Positions 44,907-56,076 of a stretch of DNA of 64,000 nucleotides are shown in pieces; position 1 is the first letter of the stretch, and every line of letters starts with the position of its first letter. A program made the translations under genes and the position numbers. Below the pieces are notes generated by a model that was not told the origin of the DNA, made no database searches, and saw nothing but the letters and a program-made list of their open reading frames with translations. This DNA comes from Microcoleus sp. (GTDB lineage: Bacteria; Cyanobacteriota; Cyanobacteriia; Cyanobacteriales; Microcoleaceae), in assembly GCA_052279835.1 (NCBI GenBank), contig CP181291.1, positions 4,544,001 through 4,608,000 on the forward strand, given 5' to 3'.

Positions 44907-46211
44907 ATGCTGGGGATAGGGCGTTTTTTTTCGGCGACCAACAAGACTGTCGCAGTAGTAGCTGGAATTGGACTGATTCAGATATTAACGATCGCCAGTT
45001 CATTTTCTCAATCATCAAATCAGCGTTCCCTGGACGAACTTTACAAAATCCGCGATCGCATTATCAGTCAATTAGAACAACCTCCGTCTCCCTCTCCCGA
45101 ACCCACTCTACTTTCCCGTTTAGTTCCCTTCAATCCCAATACTCCTGAAAAACTGATAGAGGAGTTGCAATCAGTCGAGGTTCAAATATTAGTAGAACAA
45201 CGGGCTAACGATAATTTACAGCAAGCAGTTCGTTTAGCAAACGAAGCGGCAGAAGCTGGACGAGAGCCAAATCAATCCCTCGAATATGCGCAGAAAATTC
45301 AATTTTTGTGGCAACAAGCCCTGAACAATTTGTACGAAATTCCACAAAATTCATTTTTAGCGAGTTTAACCGCTTCAAAAATTCAAGAATACCGTAACAA
45401 TCTAACAGCAGCTAGCTTGGAAGTCAAACAAGCAAAATCAGATTTTTTGGCTTCTGTTGCCAGGGAAAGTGGCTTATCCAATCAAGCTTCTATCGGCATT
45501 TGCCACCTTTCCAGAGACTGCGTGCACCTGCGAGGCGATTTACCTCCAGTGAGTCCAGCTAGCTTAATTAAACTGCCGATTGCTGTGGCCCTGATGCAAA
45601 AAGTGGCACAAGAAAAAATCAGTCTTAACAAACAAGTATTTGTTGATTCTGGTAATTTTACTGAAGACTCATCGAGCGAGATTTTGTCCAATCGCAATTA
45701 CCCGCTACAAAAACTGTTAGAAGAAATGATCGATCGCAGCAGCAATATTGCCACCAATCAACTGATCGATTACTTGGGTTCCGATTACATAAATCAATTT
45801 TTAGCAAATCGTGGCTACCAAGTAACCCGTGTCAACTTCAAATTAATGGGAGCAAAGATTATGCCTAGTAACCCTGGTAATGGTCCGAACAGAGTGACTG
45901 TTAACGAACTGACGGAAATGATGGTACAAATTTACAACGGCGAAACACCCGGTGCTAAACTGTTAGTGGAGACTCTCAACCAACAGTACGATCGCAACCT
46001 GGGATTTGCGGCGTTGCAAGGAACGAAAGCACAGTGGCTAGGTGAAAAAACAGGAGAAAATTCCCTGGTACTCGGCACAACTTTAGCCATGAGTATTGAC
46101 GGTGAAGCCTATGTGATCACTGTAATTGACAACAGCAGTGGCAGCGATACAGAAATGCGAAAGTCGATCGCCAAAATCGCCGATTATATTTCCAACCACC
46201 CCGATTTTTAG
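44907..46211 (+). CDS. Serine hydrolase (class A beta-lactamase/PBP-like) with N-terminal helical domain
   Basis: ASLIK (SxxK), SSN, EKTG. Confidence 0.82.
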   Translation: MLGIGRFFSATNKTVAVVAGIGLIQILTIASSFSQSSNQRSLDELYKIRDRIISQLEQPPSPSPEPTLLSRLVPFNPNTPEKLIEELQSVEVQILVEQRANDNLQQAVRLANEAAEAGREPNQSLEYAQKIQFLWQQALNNLYEIPQNSFLASLTASKIQEYRNNLTAASLEVKQAKSDFLASVARESGLSNQASIGICHLSRDCVHLRGDLPPVSPASLIKLPIAVALMQKVAQEKISLNKQVFVDSGNFTEDSSSEILSNRNYPLQKLLEEMIDRSSNIATNQLIDYLGSDYINQFLANRGYQVTRVNFKLMGAKIMPSNPGNGPNRVTVNELTEMMVQIYNGETPGAKLLVETLNQQYDRNLGFAALQGTKAQWLGEKTGENSLVLGTTLAMSIDGEAYVITVIDNSSGSDTEMRKSIAKIADYISNHPDF

Positions 46212-46259
46212 TGAACACGATTTAAACAGAGTCATCAAAATAGGGAGTAAATTGTAGCT

Positions 46260-48542
46260 ATGCTCGTAGCACAACATTTGTGGGAATTAATTTTATTTCT
46301 GATAATTTTAGTCAGTCCGATTCCCTTAAGTTTTTTTCTGGCATTTCTCAATCATCAACAAAGAAACAACTATTCATTGTCCCATTTTTGCCTAATTTTT
46401 GTGACTGGCTGGAGCATTGTACAAGTCTCGACAGGGTTAATTTTAGGAAGTTTTAATGTCTTAAATATTTCTGGAGTTATTATAGCAGAATTGGGAATAT
46501 TTATATTAGGTTTTTTCCTAAATTATTCAATAAGAAATCAAATTATTCAATTTTTCAACCCGCAGCAATTATTCGTCAATCAAACTCTCAATCAATGGGA
46601 ATGGCTAATTATTTTTTCCTTGGGATTTGTGGGATTTTTGTTATTGGGAAATCTCGCCTCTCAACCGATAACCAATTATGATTCATTGTGGTTTCATCTG
46701 CCTGCAATTGCCAGATGGTATCAAACAGGTTCATTGACTTTATTAGATGCCACTGGGAATTGGATTTTTGAACAAGAGCAAGCGAGAGTATATCCTTACA
46801 ATTGGCATATTTTGTCTGTCTTGTGTTTGTTTCCATTCCAATCAGATTTTTTGGTAGCGTTTCCCCTGCTAATTGCTTGGGTAATTCAGGGACTTTCAGT
46901 GTATCTTTTGAGTGTTAAATTTGGAGCAACTAGAGTTCATGGAATGGCCGCCTCAGCTTTAGTCTTGACAGTGCCAATGATGCTGAACCAAGTTAATACG
47001 ATTCACCCTGATTTACCGCTATCTGCCATATTTACAGTTGGTTTATATTTAGGTTTTTCTTATTATAAAAGCCGTTCCTTATCAGAACTATCCCTATTTT
47101 TTGCTGCCACGGGAATGCTAGCGGGAATCAAAATAACTGGTCTCGTCTACGCAGTCTCACTTTTAACCGGATTAGGAATCTTAGAAATTCATAAATTTGT
47201 AGTTAATAAAACTCCTAGACCAAATCAATTTAAAATCATTTATTTTTTCAAGCCTATGTTGCTAGGTGGTCTAGTTCTTTTCTTACTTTTAGGAGGTTTT
47301 TGGTATGGCAGAAATTTGTTGCACATCAATCATCCGATAGTTGATACTAAAGAGATTAAATTTCCTTTACAACCAGTTACCATACCATCCACAGTAAAGC
47401 CACCAACACCAGCACTCCCCAAGCAGCCAGATTCGCCACATTTCAAGATTTGGCAAAGCACTTTAGCCGCTCAATTCAATCCTAGCAATATCGATCACTG
47501 GAAAACTCTCGGCTTGCAAATTATGATTAGATTGCAAGTGCCATTTATGGCACTTGTTTTGCAGGTATTAGCAGCACCTCTGGCTTTGACAACAGCTAAA
47601 AATAAACTAATTAATCAAAATACTATTATATTGAGTGTACTGCTTGCCAGTACAGGAATTATGTATCTTATTACACCTTACAGTTCTGGTACTGGGGGAG
47701 AGTCAATAGGTGAAATAAGTCCTCTACTGGGTTTTAACCTCAGATACGGATTTCCATTTTTAAGTGTACTGGCGATCGCAGCCGCAGCTACAGCTACTCT
47801 GTTGAAAACTCGCAATCGTTTTGTAGTGAGTGTTGTGGTGGTTAGCACTTTTTTGGGAATAACGAGCAACACAATTTTTGATTATATTAAAAATGCTTCT
47901 TTTACCGGAGATAGTATTGTGTGGGGAGGTTGGCTGATTGACAGTTTTAAGTCTAATCCATTAGAAGCTCTTGAGACTATAGGAAAAATCTTGGGTAGCA
48001 GTTGGAATGATATTTTCATCTACCCGATATTGTATCTGCTGTCAATCTCTGTGGTGGCTGGGATATTGTTAAAAACAAATCCTCGCTTAGGGTGGCAAAA
48101 TAATTTATTTCAATTGAGGCATAAATTAAATTACCTAGTGATAATTGGTATCTGTATAGGATTGATAGTAATTGGGAATTGGAGGGAACAGCGAGATGTT
48201 GCTCGCACAGCACTGTATCGTGGTATTGACGAATATATTAATGAGAATACTGTGCCCAATGAAAAAATTGGATTCTTTTTGAGTTCTCGTAGCTACCTTT
48301 TTTACGGAAAAAATTTGAATAGGCAAGTTTTGTATGTACCTTTTAGAACAGATAGACTTTCTGGATGGATTGACAACCTGCGGCAAAATCAGGTTAGTAT
48401 AATTGGATTCGGGCCATTGACTGATACAGACGCAGCAACCAGAAAAGCTCTATCTAAGCTGACTGGTGCCGATGGCCCGCTGGAACCAGTTTTCGGTAGA
48501 GATTTTAATACCGCACCAGTGCTGTATCGTTTGAAAAATTGA
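46260..48542 (+). CDS. Polytopic membrane GT-C-like glycosyltransferase
   Basis: Many TMs; NYDSLWFHLP and YPYN loop motifs; adjacent to a GT2 gene. Confidence 0.6.
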   Translation: MLVAQHLWELILFLIILVSPIPLSFFLAFLNHQQRNNYSLSHFCLIFVTGWSIVQVSTGLILGSFNVLNISGVIIAELGIFILGFFLNYSIRNQIIQFFNPQQLFVNQTLNQWEWLIIFSLGFVGFLLLGNLASQPITNYDSLWFHLPAIARWYQTGSLTLLDATGNWIFEQEQARVYPYNWHILSVLCLFPFQSDFLVAFPLLIAWVIQGLSVYLLSVKFGATRVHGMAASALVLTVPMMLNQVNTIHPDLPLSAIFTVGLYLGFSYYKSRSLSELSLFFAATGMLAGIKITGLVYAVSLLTGLGILEIHKFVVNKTPRPNQFKIIYFFKPMLLGGLVLFLLLGGFWYGRNLLHINHPIVDTKEIKFPLQPVTIPSTVKPPTPALPKQPDSPHFKIWQSTLAAQFNPSNIDHWKTLGLQIMIRLQVPFMALVLQVLAAPLALTTAKNKLINQNTIILSVLLASTGIMYLITPYSSGTGGESIGEISPLLGFNLRYGFPFLSVLAIAAAATATLLKTRNRFVVSVVVVSTFLGITSNTIFDYIKNASFTGDSIVWGGWLIDSFKSNPLEALETIGKILGSSWNDIFIYPILYLLSISVVAGILLKTNPRLGWQNNLFQLRHKLNYLVIIGICIGLIVIGNWREQRDVARTALYRGIDEYINENTVPNEKIGFFLSSRSYLFYGKNLNRQVLYVPFRTDRLSGWIDNLRQNQVSIIGFGPLTDTDAATRKALSKLTGADGPLEPVFGRDFNTAPVLYRLKN

Positions 48543-48557
48543 AATATATCAGTGATA

Positions 48558-49457
48558 ATGAACCTAGAGCCAATTTTATTTTCAATTATCGTTCCTACCT
48601 ATGCTCGTCCTGAAAAATTGACGACATGTCTCCAGTCTTTTGCTAAACTTGAATATCCGCGCGATCGCTTTCAAATTATAGTCGTTAATGATAGTACCGA
48701 AATATCTCTAGTATCAACAGTTGCTCCGTTTCAAAACAACTTAAATCTCATACTTTTAACCCAGCGTAATTCAGGGCCAGCCATCGCCCGAAATACTGGT
48801 TCTTGTGCAGCCACAGGCAAATTTTTAGTATTTACAGACGATGATTGTAGTGTGGCACCTAACTGGCTGCAAACTCTAGAAAATAGATTTACCCAAACAC
48901 CAAATTCTTTAATTGGAGGTCGAATTATTAATGCACTTCCTGATAACATATATTCTACTGCAAGCCAGGAATTGATCGATTACCTTTACAGTTATTATAA
49001 TGCTATTCCCGATCGCGCAAAATATTTCACTTCCAACAATTTTGCCCTTCCGGCGGAATCCTTCCAAAAAATTGGTGGCTTTGGGACAAGTTTTTCCTTC
49101 GCTGGAGAAGACCGGGAATTTTGCCATCGGTGGCTTAACTCTGGGTATAACGCCATTTATGCTCCCGAAGTTATAGTCTATCATGCCCACAAACTGACAC
49201 TGCACCAATTTTGGCAACAGCAATTCAATTACGGTAAAGGTGCTTTTTTGTTTCAGCAAGTTACTGCTCAAACTGCGACTAAAGGGAAACTGCAAAATCC
49301 GTCATTTTATTTGAATTTACTTGCTTATCCTTGGATACATACAACAGGTATTCAAAAGGTATTAATTGGCGGATTATTTTTCCTGTCACAGGTGGCGATT
49401 GTCGCGGGATTGTTATGGGAAAAGAAGCATCAAGAAACTCGGAGACTAGAGGGTTAA
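48558..49457 (+). CDS. GT2 glycosyltransferase
   Basis: FSIIVPTY, GPAIARNTG, FTDDD, GEDREF. Confidence 0.88.
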   Translation: MNLEPILFSIIVPTYARPEKLTTCLQSFAKLEYPRDRFQIIVVNDSTEISLVSTVAPFQNNLNLILLTQRNSGPAIARNTGSCAATGKFLVFTDDDCSVAPNWLQTLENRFTQTPNSLIGGRIINALPDNIYSTASQELIDYLYSYYNAIPDRAKYFTSNNFALPAESFQKIGGFGTSFSFAGEDREFCHRWLNSGYNAIYAPEVIVYHAHKLTLHQFWQQQFNYGKGAFLFQQVTAQTATKGKLQNPSFYLNLLAYPWIHTTGIQKVLIGGLFFLSQVAIVAGLLWEKKHQETRRLEG

Positions 49458-49511
49458 AACCCCTAGCACCTAAAAACTTTTGTGGGTGTACCGACTTTGA
49501 AATAAGTCTGA

Positions 49512-50225
49512 TTAAATAAAGCCGTGTTCTGCTAAAAATTCCGGGGTAATGTCTGCCAAACTGTTAATGGCTGGGGTTTCTTCCCAGGGTTCGGGATGTA
49601 GTTGATAACTGCTACGGAGGAACTTGCCGACGTATTTGCCTAAAATATCTGCTTCTAAATTAACTAAACTTCCTGGCTGCAAATAGCGGAGGTTTGTCTC
49701 ATCAAAACTGTGGGGAATTACGGCTACTTCAAACCAATTGCCGTCTGCATCGCAATCTGCGACAGTCAAACTGATGCCGTTGACGGCGATGCTGCCTTTG
49801 GGAACAATGTAAGGTGCTATTTGACGTTGCCATCCTGAATTGATGGCTGTTGGGGCAGTAAACCGCATTTCCCAGGCGTTGGCGGTTTGGGTTGATGTGG
49901 CTAAAGTGCCGATCGCATCTACGTGCCCGGTAACAAAATGTCCGCCTAACTTACTGCCGGCGCGTAGGGAGGTTTCTAAGTTAACAATAGCATCGGGGAA
50001 TGCTCCGAGATTAGTGCGTCTGAGGGTTTCGGGGGAAGCGATCGCGACAAAACCTTGCGGCAAAACGGACACTACTGTTAAACAGACACCATCCACGGCT
50101 ACGCTATCGCCGATCGCCAAATCGTGTAAAATCTGGTGCGAGCTGCTGGAGGTGCAGGAAATTTGAAACCGGTCATTTCCTAGGGACTTCAGTTGTCCGA
50201 GAGATTGAATTAGTCCTGTAAACAT
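49512..50225 (-). CDS. ribE: Riboflavin synthase alpha chain
   Basis: MFTGLI, GDSVAVDGVCLTV, GGHFVTGHVD, KGSIAVNGISLTV. Confidence 0.95.
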   Translation of the reverse strand: MFTGLIQSLGQLKSLGNDRFQISCTSSSSHQILHDLAIGDSVAVDGVCLTVVSVLPQGFVAIASPETLRRTNLGAFPDAIVNLETSLRAGSKLGGHFVTGHVDAIGTLATSTQTANAWEMRFTAPTAINSGWQRQIAPYIVPKGSIAVNGISLTVADCDADGNWFEVAVIPHSFDETNLRYLQPGSLVNLEADILGKYVGKFLRSSYQLHPEPWEETPAINSLADITPEFLAEHGFI

Positions 50226-50437
50226 GGGTATCTTATGGTATTTCGATCGCGGATTCACGTCAAACCACAGTCAAAATTCGATCGGAGGTAACAACCCGTT
50301 GCCGTATTGCCTCTTTCGGTAGATTATTTTGAGTGCGATCGGTTGTAGATTCAGGCGAAGATCAAGTCATACTGGATTCAGGTCATCTTGATGTCCAAGT
50401 TTTCCACCGCCTTACAGTATTCTATGAGGCCGATCGA

Positions 50438-50944
50438 ATGATTGAAATGAAAGTCGCTGGAATTGCCTTAGATGCAGCCACGCGCAGTCCTATTGTCTTA
50501 TTGAGAGACGCTACAGAGCGACGTGCCTTGCCTATTTATATTGGTCAAGAGCAAGCCAAGGCGATTATCAGTGTTCTGGAAGGCCACAAGCCTCCTCGAC
50601 CTTTAACTCACGATCTGATGGTCAATTTCTTAGAAGCCTGGAATCTGACATTGGAGCGAATCGTGATTCACTCCCTGCAAGATAACACCTTCTATGCGGT
50701 ACTGATCGCCCGTCAAGGAGAAGTTAAAAAAGAAATCGATGCCCGACCTAGCGATGCGATCGCCCTCGCCCTGCGGACAAATAGCCCCATCTGGGTGATG
50801 GAAGAAGTGATCGCTGATGCTTCTATACCGGTCGATCGAGATGCTGATGAAGCCGAACGTAGAGCTTTCCGAGAATTTATCTCAAATCTTCGTCCAGAGG
50901 ATTTGATTAAAGGCAGTGGCTTTAGTTCGGGAGAAACTTCGTAG
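50438..50944 (+). CDS. Bifunctional nuclease (DUF151)
   Basis: LPIYIG, RPLTHDL, IDARPSDAIALA. Confidence 0.9.
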   Translation: MIEMKVAGIALDAATRSPIVLLRDATERRALPIYIGQEQAKAIISVLEGHKPPRPLTHDLMVNFLEAWNLTLERIVIHSLQDNTFYAVLIARQGEVKKEIDARPSDAIALALRTNSPIWVMEEVIADASIPVDRDADEAERRAFREFISNLRPEDLIKGSGFSSGETS

Positions 50945-51056
50945 TAGTTATGTATAGAAACGTTCTCGGCAGTTAGGAAATTTTTAATTTCTCAAACCAT
51001 TGATTTTATTGAATTTTCCTTCTGCCTTCTACCTTCTTGCTTCTTGCTTCTGCTAT

Positions 51057-52187
51057 ATGCGCTATCGAAGGTTTGGCAAAACGAACTTGCCCCTGTCCGT
51101 ATTTTCCTTGGGAACCATGCGCTATTTGGCTTCTGAGGAAACTGCCTGCCAGACTGTACAGCAGGCTGTGTCTCTGGGCATCAATCACATAGAAACAGCC
51201 TCTGGTTATGGTTGCAGCGAGGAATATCTCGGTGTCGCCCTGTCGGCTGGGTTGGCTGTGGATCGATCGCGCTTGCACGTCACCACGAAAATTTCGCCAA
51301 CGCCCGATGCGGAGGCGATGGAACGCTCCATTGATGAGTCCCTAAAACGCCTGAATTTAGACTACCTAGACTGTCTGGCAATTCATGGTTTAAATACTTG
51401 GGAACATTTGGCTTGGGTACAAGCAGAAACAGGCTGTATGGCAACTGTAGACAAAGCTGTTGCCGATGGCAGAATTCGGCACGTCGGCTTTTCCACTCAC
51501 GGACCCTTGGAGCTAATTCTGGCCGCTATCAATACAGATTTGTTTGAATTTGTCAATCTGCATTATTACTATTTTTTTCAGCGCAACGCCCCGGCCATTG
51601 AACTAGCCAGCCAAAAAGATCTAGGCATTTTTATTATTTCTCCCGCAGACAAAGGCGGGCAACTCTACACTGCGCCCGAAACCCTAACAGAAATGTGTAG
51701 GCCGTTCTCACCCCTAGAGTTGAATTATCGGTTTTTATTGAGTGATACTAGGATTGGGACGTTGAGTGTGGGGGCAGCCAACCCGATGGAATTAGAAGAA
51801 CCACTCAGATGTTGCGATCGCGACTTTCCCTTGAGTGCGATCGAAATTACTGCATTTGATCGCTTAGAATCTGTAATGGCATCCAGTCTGGGAACGAACA
51901 AATGTAGCCAGTGCTATGCCTGTTTGCCCTGCCCAGAAAACATCAACATTCCTGAAGTATTGCGACTCCGCAATCTCGCTGTCGGCTGCGACATGACTGA
52001 CTTTGGGAAATACCGCTACGCCATGTTTGAAAATGCTGGACATTGGTTTCCCGGAAACAAGGGCAACCGCTGTACCGATTGTGGCGACTGTTTGCCCCGC
52101 TGTCCCGAAAAGTTAGATATTCCGGGCCTGCTGGCAGATACTCACCAGCGACTGGGTGGCAAAGGGGGCCGGCGGTTGTGGGATTAA
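51057..52187 (+). CDS. Aldo/keto reductase with C-terminal 4Fe-4S motifs
   Basis: YRRFGKT, ETASGYG, CSQCYACLPCP, CTDCGDCLPRCP. Confidence 0.88.
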   Translation: MRYRRFGKTNLPLSVFSLGTMRYLASEETACQTVQQAVSLGINHIETASGYGCSEEYLGVALSAGLAVDRSRLHVTTKISPTPDAEAMERSIDESLKRLNLDYLDCLAIHGLNTWEHLAWVQAETGCMATVDKAVADGRIRHVGFSTHGPLELILAAINTDLFEFVNLHYYYFFQRNAPAIELASQKDLGIFIISPADKGGQLYTAPETLTEMCRPFSPLELNYRFLLSDTRIGTLSVGAANPMELEEPLRCCDRDFPLSAIEITAFDRLESVMASSLGTNKCSQCYACLPCPENINIPEVLRLRNLAVGCDMTDFGKYRYAMFENAGHWFPGNKGNRCTDCGDCLPRCPEKLDIPGLLADTHQRLGGKGGRRLWD

Positions 52188-52296
52188 AAAAAAACTGGTT
52201 TCTCAAGGTAATTAAGAACAGAATTTAAACAGTAACATTCCGATCCTCTAGATTAATTGGCAGCCCGCATCTACTACCGATTTAGCATCTACTCCT

Positions 52297-55200
52297 ATGG
52301 CTCAGACTCAGTTAAACAACGGTCAGTCAAATTGTCCGCAGCCAAATATCACAGCAAGTTCCGAAAAATTCACCCCAGTTGTCAGCCATGCTGGGACTGA
52401 CAAGTTGTTTCTCACCCGCCAACAACTAATGGGACTCGTGGTTTTAGCAATCATCTTGCCACTGGGACTTGCAGGTGCAGCACTGTGGATGATATGGACA
52501 GCGGGACTTAGCCAACGGCAAAATCAAGCTAAATCAGAACTAGCTGTTAGTGAAATTAACTATAATCTCAAACTCGATCGCTGGGCTTTGAGTTTGCCAA
52601 ACTTTTTTGATACTCAGTCGATCGCCCAAACAGCCATAGCTTACAATAGTGGCAAAAAATCACCATATTTGCCAAAATCTGTCAAGCAAATTCTCGAAAA
52701 TCAAGTCAAAACAGGGGAAATAGACAGTGCAGTTTTAGTAGGGAAAGATGGCAAGATAATTGTTAGCACTAATCCCCAGCAGCAGGGAGAAAAATTTAAT
52801 CCTCAAAAAATAGTTGATCGAGTATTAGCGAAAAAAGAACCAATTACCATCAGCGAAATTCTGGGTCAATCGGGAATACAAAAACAATTACCCACCGGGC
52901 AGTCGGCGGGATTTAGCGCCACCAATGTCTTGGTTACTTACACCGCAATTCCCGTAAACAATCCCCAAAATCAGACAGTTATTGCTACTTTAGTTTTAGG
53001 CAAAAATCTGAGTAAAAAGCCGATGGTTGCCCCTAGGGAAACTGTCAAGGCAATGGTCGATGGATTTTACGGTATTTATGCACCGGTTAAGGAGGGCAAA
53101 TATGTCTTGGTAAATGCACAAACCGTCAACAAAAATCAAGTTTTGCCAGACTTACAGTCGATGGAAAAATTGCTACTAAAACCAGCACGGATGGCCCGTG
53201 GTACACCAGTTGCCAAGGAAATCAAAATAGGCAATCAAACCTATACAGTAGCAGCAAAAAGCCTTAATAATTCAGGAAAAAATCCCCCAGTAATTTTAGT
53301 CAGGGGAATCGCCCACACCGGGCTGGAAAATTATGGGCTGATTGTGGGATTGTGTGGGGCTTCCCTAGGGTTGCCAATGGCCTTGGCAATGGCGATCGCC
53401 CGCCAAGCCAATGGGAGAGTGGGGCTGTGCGATGGGGGAACTAAAGAAACATCAGCCCCTGGATTCATTCCTTCCCAGACCCAGGGCGGGGACAATCCGC
53501 AATTGTGGGACGAGTTAAAATTTGATAAATTTTCCAACTTATTTGCAAAACCGTCAATTTTAGAGCCTCAATTAACATTCGATTTTAATTACAAAAAATT
53601 ATTGATTGATAATGGAGCTAGGGGATTATTTCCAAAACCTTTAAGTTTTAAACAACTAGAATTACCAGCCACTGAATCCAATTTTGACCAAAAAATATCC
53701 ACAACAGAAGAGACTAATTGCTGCTCGATCAATATCAATCAGACCAGACAAAATTTGCAATACTTAAACCGCCTCAACTTGGAATTGCAGCGAGAAATAG
53801 TCGATCGCGAACACACTGAAAAAGCGCTACAAAATAGCCAAGGATTACTACAAGCAATCTTAGACAACTCCACAGCAGTGATCTACATTAAGGATGCAGA
53901 AGGAAAATATCTCCTAGTCAACCGCTATTTTGAAACCTTATTTCATATCAGCCAAGAGCAAATAGCAGGCAAAACCGATTGGGATATTTTTCCCAAAGAA
54001 AAAGCGGAAACTTTGCGAGGAAACGACCTGAAAGTTCTCCAGGAGGAATCACCGTTCAGCATCGAAGAGGTTGTCCCTCAAGACGACGGACAGCACACCT
54101 ACATTTCCCTCAAATTTCCTCTCTACAACCCCCAAGGAGTTGCTTATGCAGTTGGTACAATTTCTACAGATGTGAGCGATCGCAAACTTGCCGAACTCGC
54201 CCTAGAAAAAGCTAAAAAAGAGCTAGAAATACAAGTCGAAGAACGCACCGTATTCCTGAGACAATCCAACGAACTCTTGCAGCTAGAACTCTCAGCCAGA
54301 GTCCGTGGTTCCATCACTGTCAGACAAATGACAGCTCAAGTGGCCAGACACGCCAGAACCGTTGACGGCATTCTGGGCGCATCCCTAGACCTAATTTTTT
54401 TAGTTAACCAGTCAGGAAGGTACACTTACGTCAGTCGCACGGCGGCTCAAGCTGCTGGCTTGAATCCCAGAGAAATGATTGGTAAAAGTTGGCAAGAATT
54501 GGGTTGGTCTCCCAAAATTATGGAGCAAGTTCACCGACAGTGCGACGCCGTATTTGCTACCACCCTCCCCGCCAAAGGCGAAGTCATCGTCCCTACCGCA
54601 GCCTGGGGAATACGGGACTACGAGTATATTCTGAGCCCGGTTTGCGCTACCGACGGCAGCGTGGAAGCAGTGGTTGCTACCCTGCGGGATATCACCGAAC
54701 GCAAAGATGCTGAGGAAGCGTGGCAGTTGGCCAAAGAAGCGGCTGAACTGGCAAACCGCGCCAAGAGTGCATTTTTGGCAAATATGAGCCACGAGTTACG
54801 GACTCCCCTGAACGCGATTATTGGCTACAGCGATATACTGGTCGAAGATGCCGAAGAGTTAGGGAACGAACAGACTATTTCGGATTTAGACAAAATTCGC
54901 AATGCTGGCAAACATTTGTTGCGATTGATTGACGATATTTTGGATATCTCGAAAATTGAGGCTGACAAGATGGAACTTTGTCTCGAAAGCTTCGATGTAG
55001 GTGGCTTAATTGAGGAAGTGGCGGTAACAGTCAAACCACTGATGGAGAAAAACGGTAATGTTTTGCACGTAAATATTGGTGAGGGCATCGGTGCTATGCA
55101 CGCTGATTTGATGAAAGTGCAGCAGGTACTATTGAATTTATTGAGCAATGCTGCTAAGTTTTCGACAGCAGGTAGGATTGAACTTGGTGTAGCCAGAATT

Positions 55201-55518
55201 ACCAGTGAAGCATTAAAAAATAAATATCAACCGACGGTTACTCAAATTTTAATTTTGGATTCAGACTTTTTAATTTTCAGAGTTAAAGATACAGGCATTG
55301 GTATGACGAAAGAGCAGCAAGAACGACTGTTTCAACCTTTTACTCAAGCGGATAATTCCACTACCCGCAAGTACGGTGGTACGGGTTTGGGACTGACTAT
55401 CAGCCAGCGTTTTTGTCAGATGATGGGTGGGGATATTGAAATTGAAAGTGAAATTGGTTCGGGTTCTATTTTTAAAGTTTTTCTGCCTGCGGCTTTATTC
55501 AAGCGTCATGAATTATGA
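52297..55518 (+). CDS. Membrane PAS-domain sensor histidine kinase
   Basis: Two TMs around a periplasmic domain, two [36 protein letters not shown]. Confidence 0.92.
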   Translation: MAQTQLNNGQSNCPQPNITASSEKFTPVVSHAGTDKLFLTRQQLMGLVVLAIILPLGLAGAALWMIWTAGLSQRQNQAKSELAVSEINYNLKLDRWALSLPNFFDTQSIAQTAIAYNSGKKSPYLPKSVKQILENQVKTGEIDSAVLVGKDGKIIVSTNPQQQGEKFNPQKIVDRVLAKKEPITISEILGQSGIQKQLPTGQSAGFSATNVLVTYTAIPVNNPQNQTVIATLVLGKNLSKKPMVAPRETVKAMVDGFYGIYAPVKEGKYVLVNAQTVNKNQVLPDLQSMEKLLLKPARMARGTPVAKEIKIGNQTYTVAAKSLNNSGKNPPVILVRGIAHTGLENYGLIVGLCGASLGLPMALAMAIARQANGRVGLCDGGTKETSAPGFIPSQTQGGDNPQLWDELKFDKFSNLFAKPSILEPQLTFDFNYKKLLIDNGARGLFPKPLSFKQLELPATESNFDQKISTTEETNCCSININQTRQNLQYLNRLNLELQREIVDREHTEKALQNSQGLLQAILDNSTAVIYIKDAEGKYLLVNRYFETLFHISQEQIAGKTDWDIFPKEKAETLRGNDLKVLQEESPFSIEEVVPQDDGQHTYISLKFPLYNPQGVAYAVGTISTDVSDRKLAELALEKAKKELEIQVEERTVFLRQSNELLQLELSARVRGSITVRQMTAQVARHARTVDGILGASLDLIFLVNQSGRYTYVSRTAAQAAGLNPREMIGKSWQELGWSPKIMEQVHRQCDAVFATTLPAKGEVIVPTAAWGIRDYEYILSPVCATDGSVEAVVATLRDITERKDAEEAWQLAKEAAELANRAKSAFLANMSHELRTPLNAIIGYSDILVEDAEELGNEQTISDLDKIRNAGKHLLRLIDDILDISKIEADKMELCLESFDVGGLIEEVAVTVKPLMEKNGNVLHVNIGEGIGAMHADLMKVQQVLLNLLSNAAKFSTAGRIELGVARITSEALKNKYQPTVTQILILDSDFLIFRVKDTGIGMTKEQQERLFQPFTQADNSTTRKYGGTGLGLTISQRFCQMMGGDIEIESEIGSGSIFKVFLPAALFKRHEL

Positions 55519-55552
55519 ATTTTGAAGGAATAAGGAATAAGGATTTAGGCAA

Positions 55553-56041
55553 ATGTATTATATCCCATTGAGCAAACATATTTATGTTTATATAGCCTGT
55601 TTGATTTCTGTTTCGGTATTATTGTCGCAGCCACCTGCTGCACTGGGGAAACAGCCTGGTTGTCCTAGGGGTGACATTGCTAATTTGCCCTCGCCTCCAC
55701 TTTCCCAAACCGAAAAGAGTGTTCCGAGTTTGTGGTTGGCTCAAAAACAATTTGGGGGACAATTACTCGATCGCTGGTTTGTGGATTCTAATTCTCGCAA
55801 TAGTTGGGTGATCCTGTTAGTGAATCGCCAGCTTTGGAGTGGATTGGATTATGTAGGGCGCTATCAATTTGTCAATCGGTTTGGGATGGCGGCCATGGAA
55901 GATGGATACAATGTTCGAGTGTGTAACCGTGAAGGTGTAGCTTTGGCTGCTTACTTCTGCGAGGGCGATCGACTAAACTGCCACATCAATTTAGACTCTG
56001 TATCAAATTTGGGTATTCAAAGAAAGCCAAAGCTATTTTAA
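55553..56041 (+). CDS. Secreted hypothetical protein
   Basis: Signal-like N-terminus; PSLWLA, VNRQLW, GYNVRV. Confidence 0.65.
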   Translation: MYYIPLSKHIYVYIACLISVSVLLSQPPAALGKQPGCPRGDIANLPSPPLSQTEKSVPSLWLAQKQFGGQLLDRWFVDSNSRNSWVILLVNRQLWSGLDYVGRYQFVNRFGMAAMEDGYNVRVCNREGVALAAYFCEGDRLNCHINLDSVSNLGIQRKPKLF

Positions 56042-56076
56042 ACCGAGAAACTCGATCTCATCTTGATTGGAAATTT

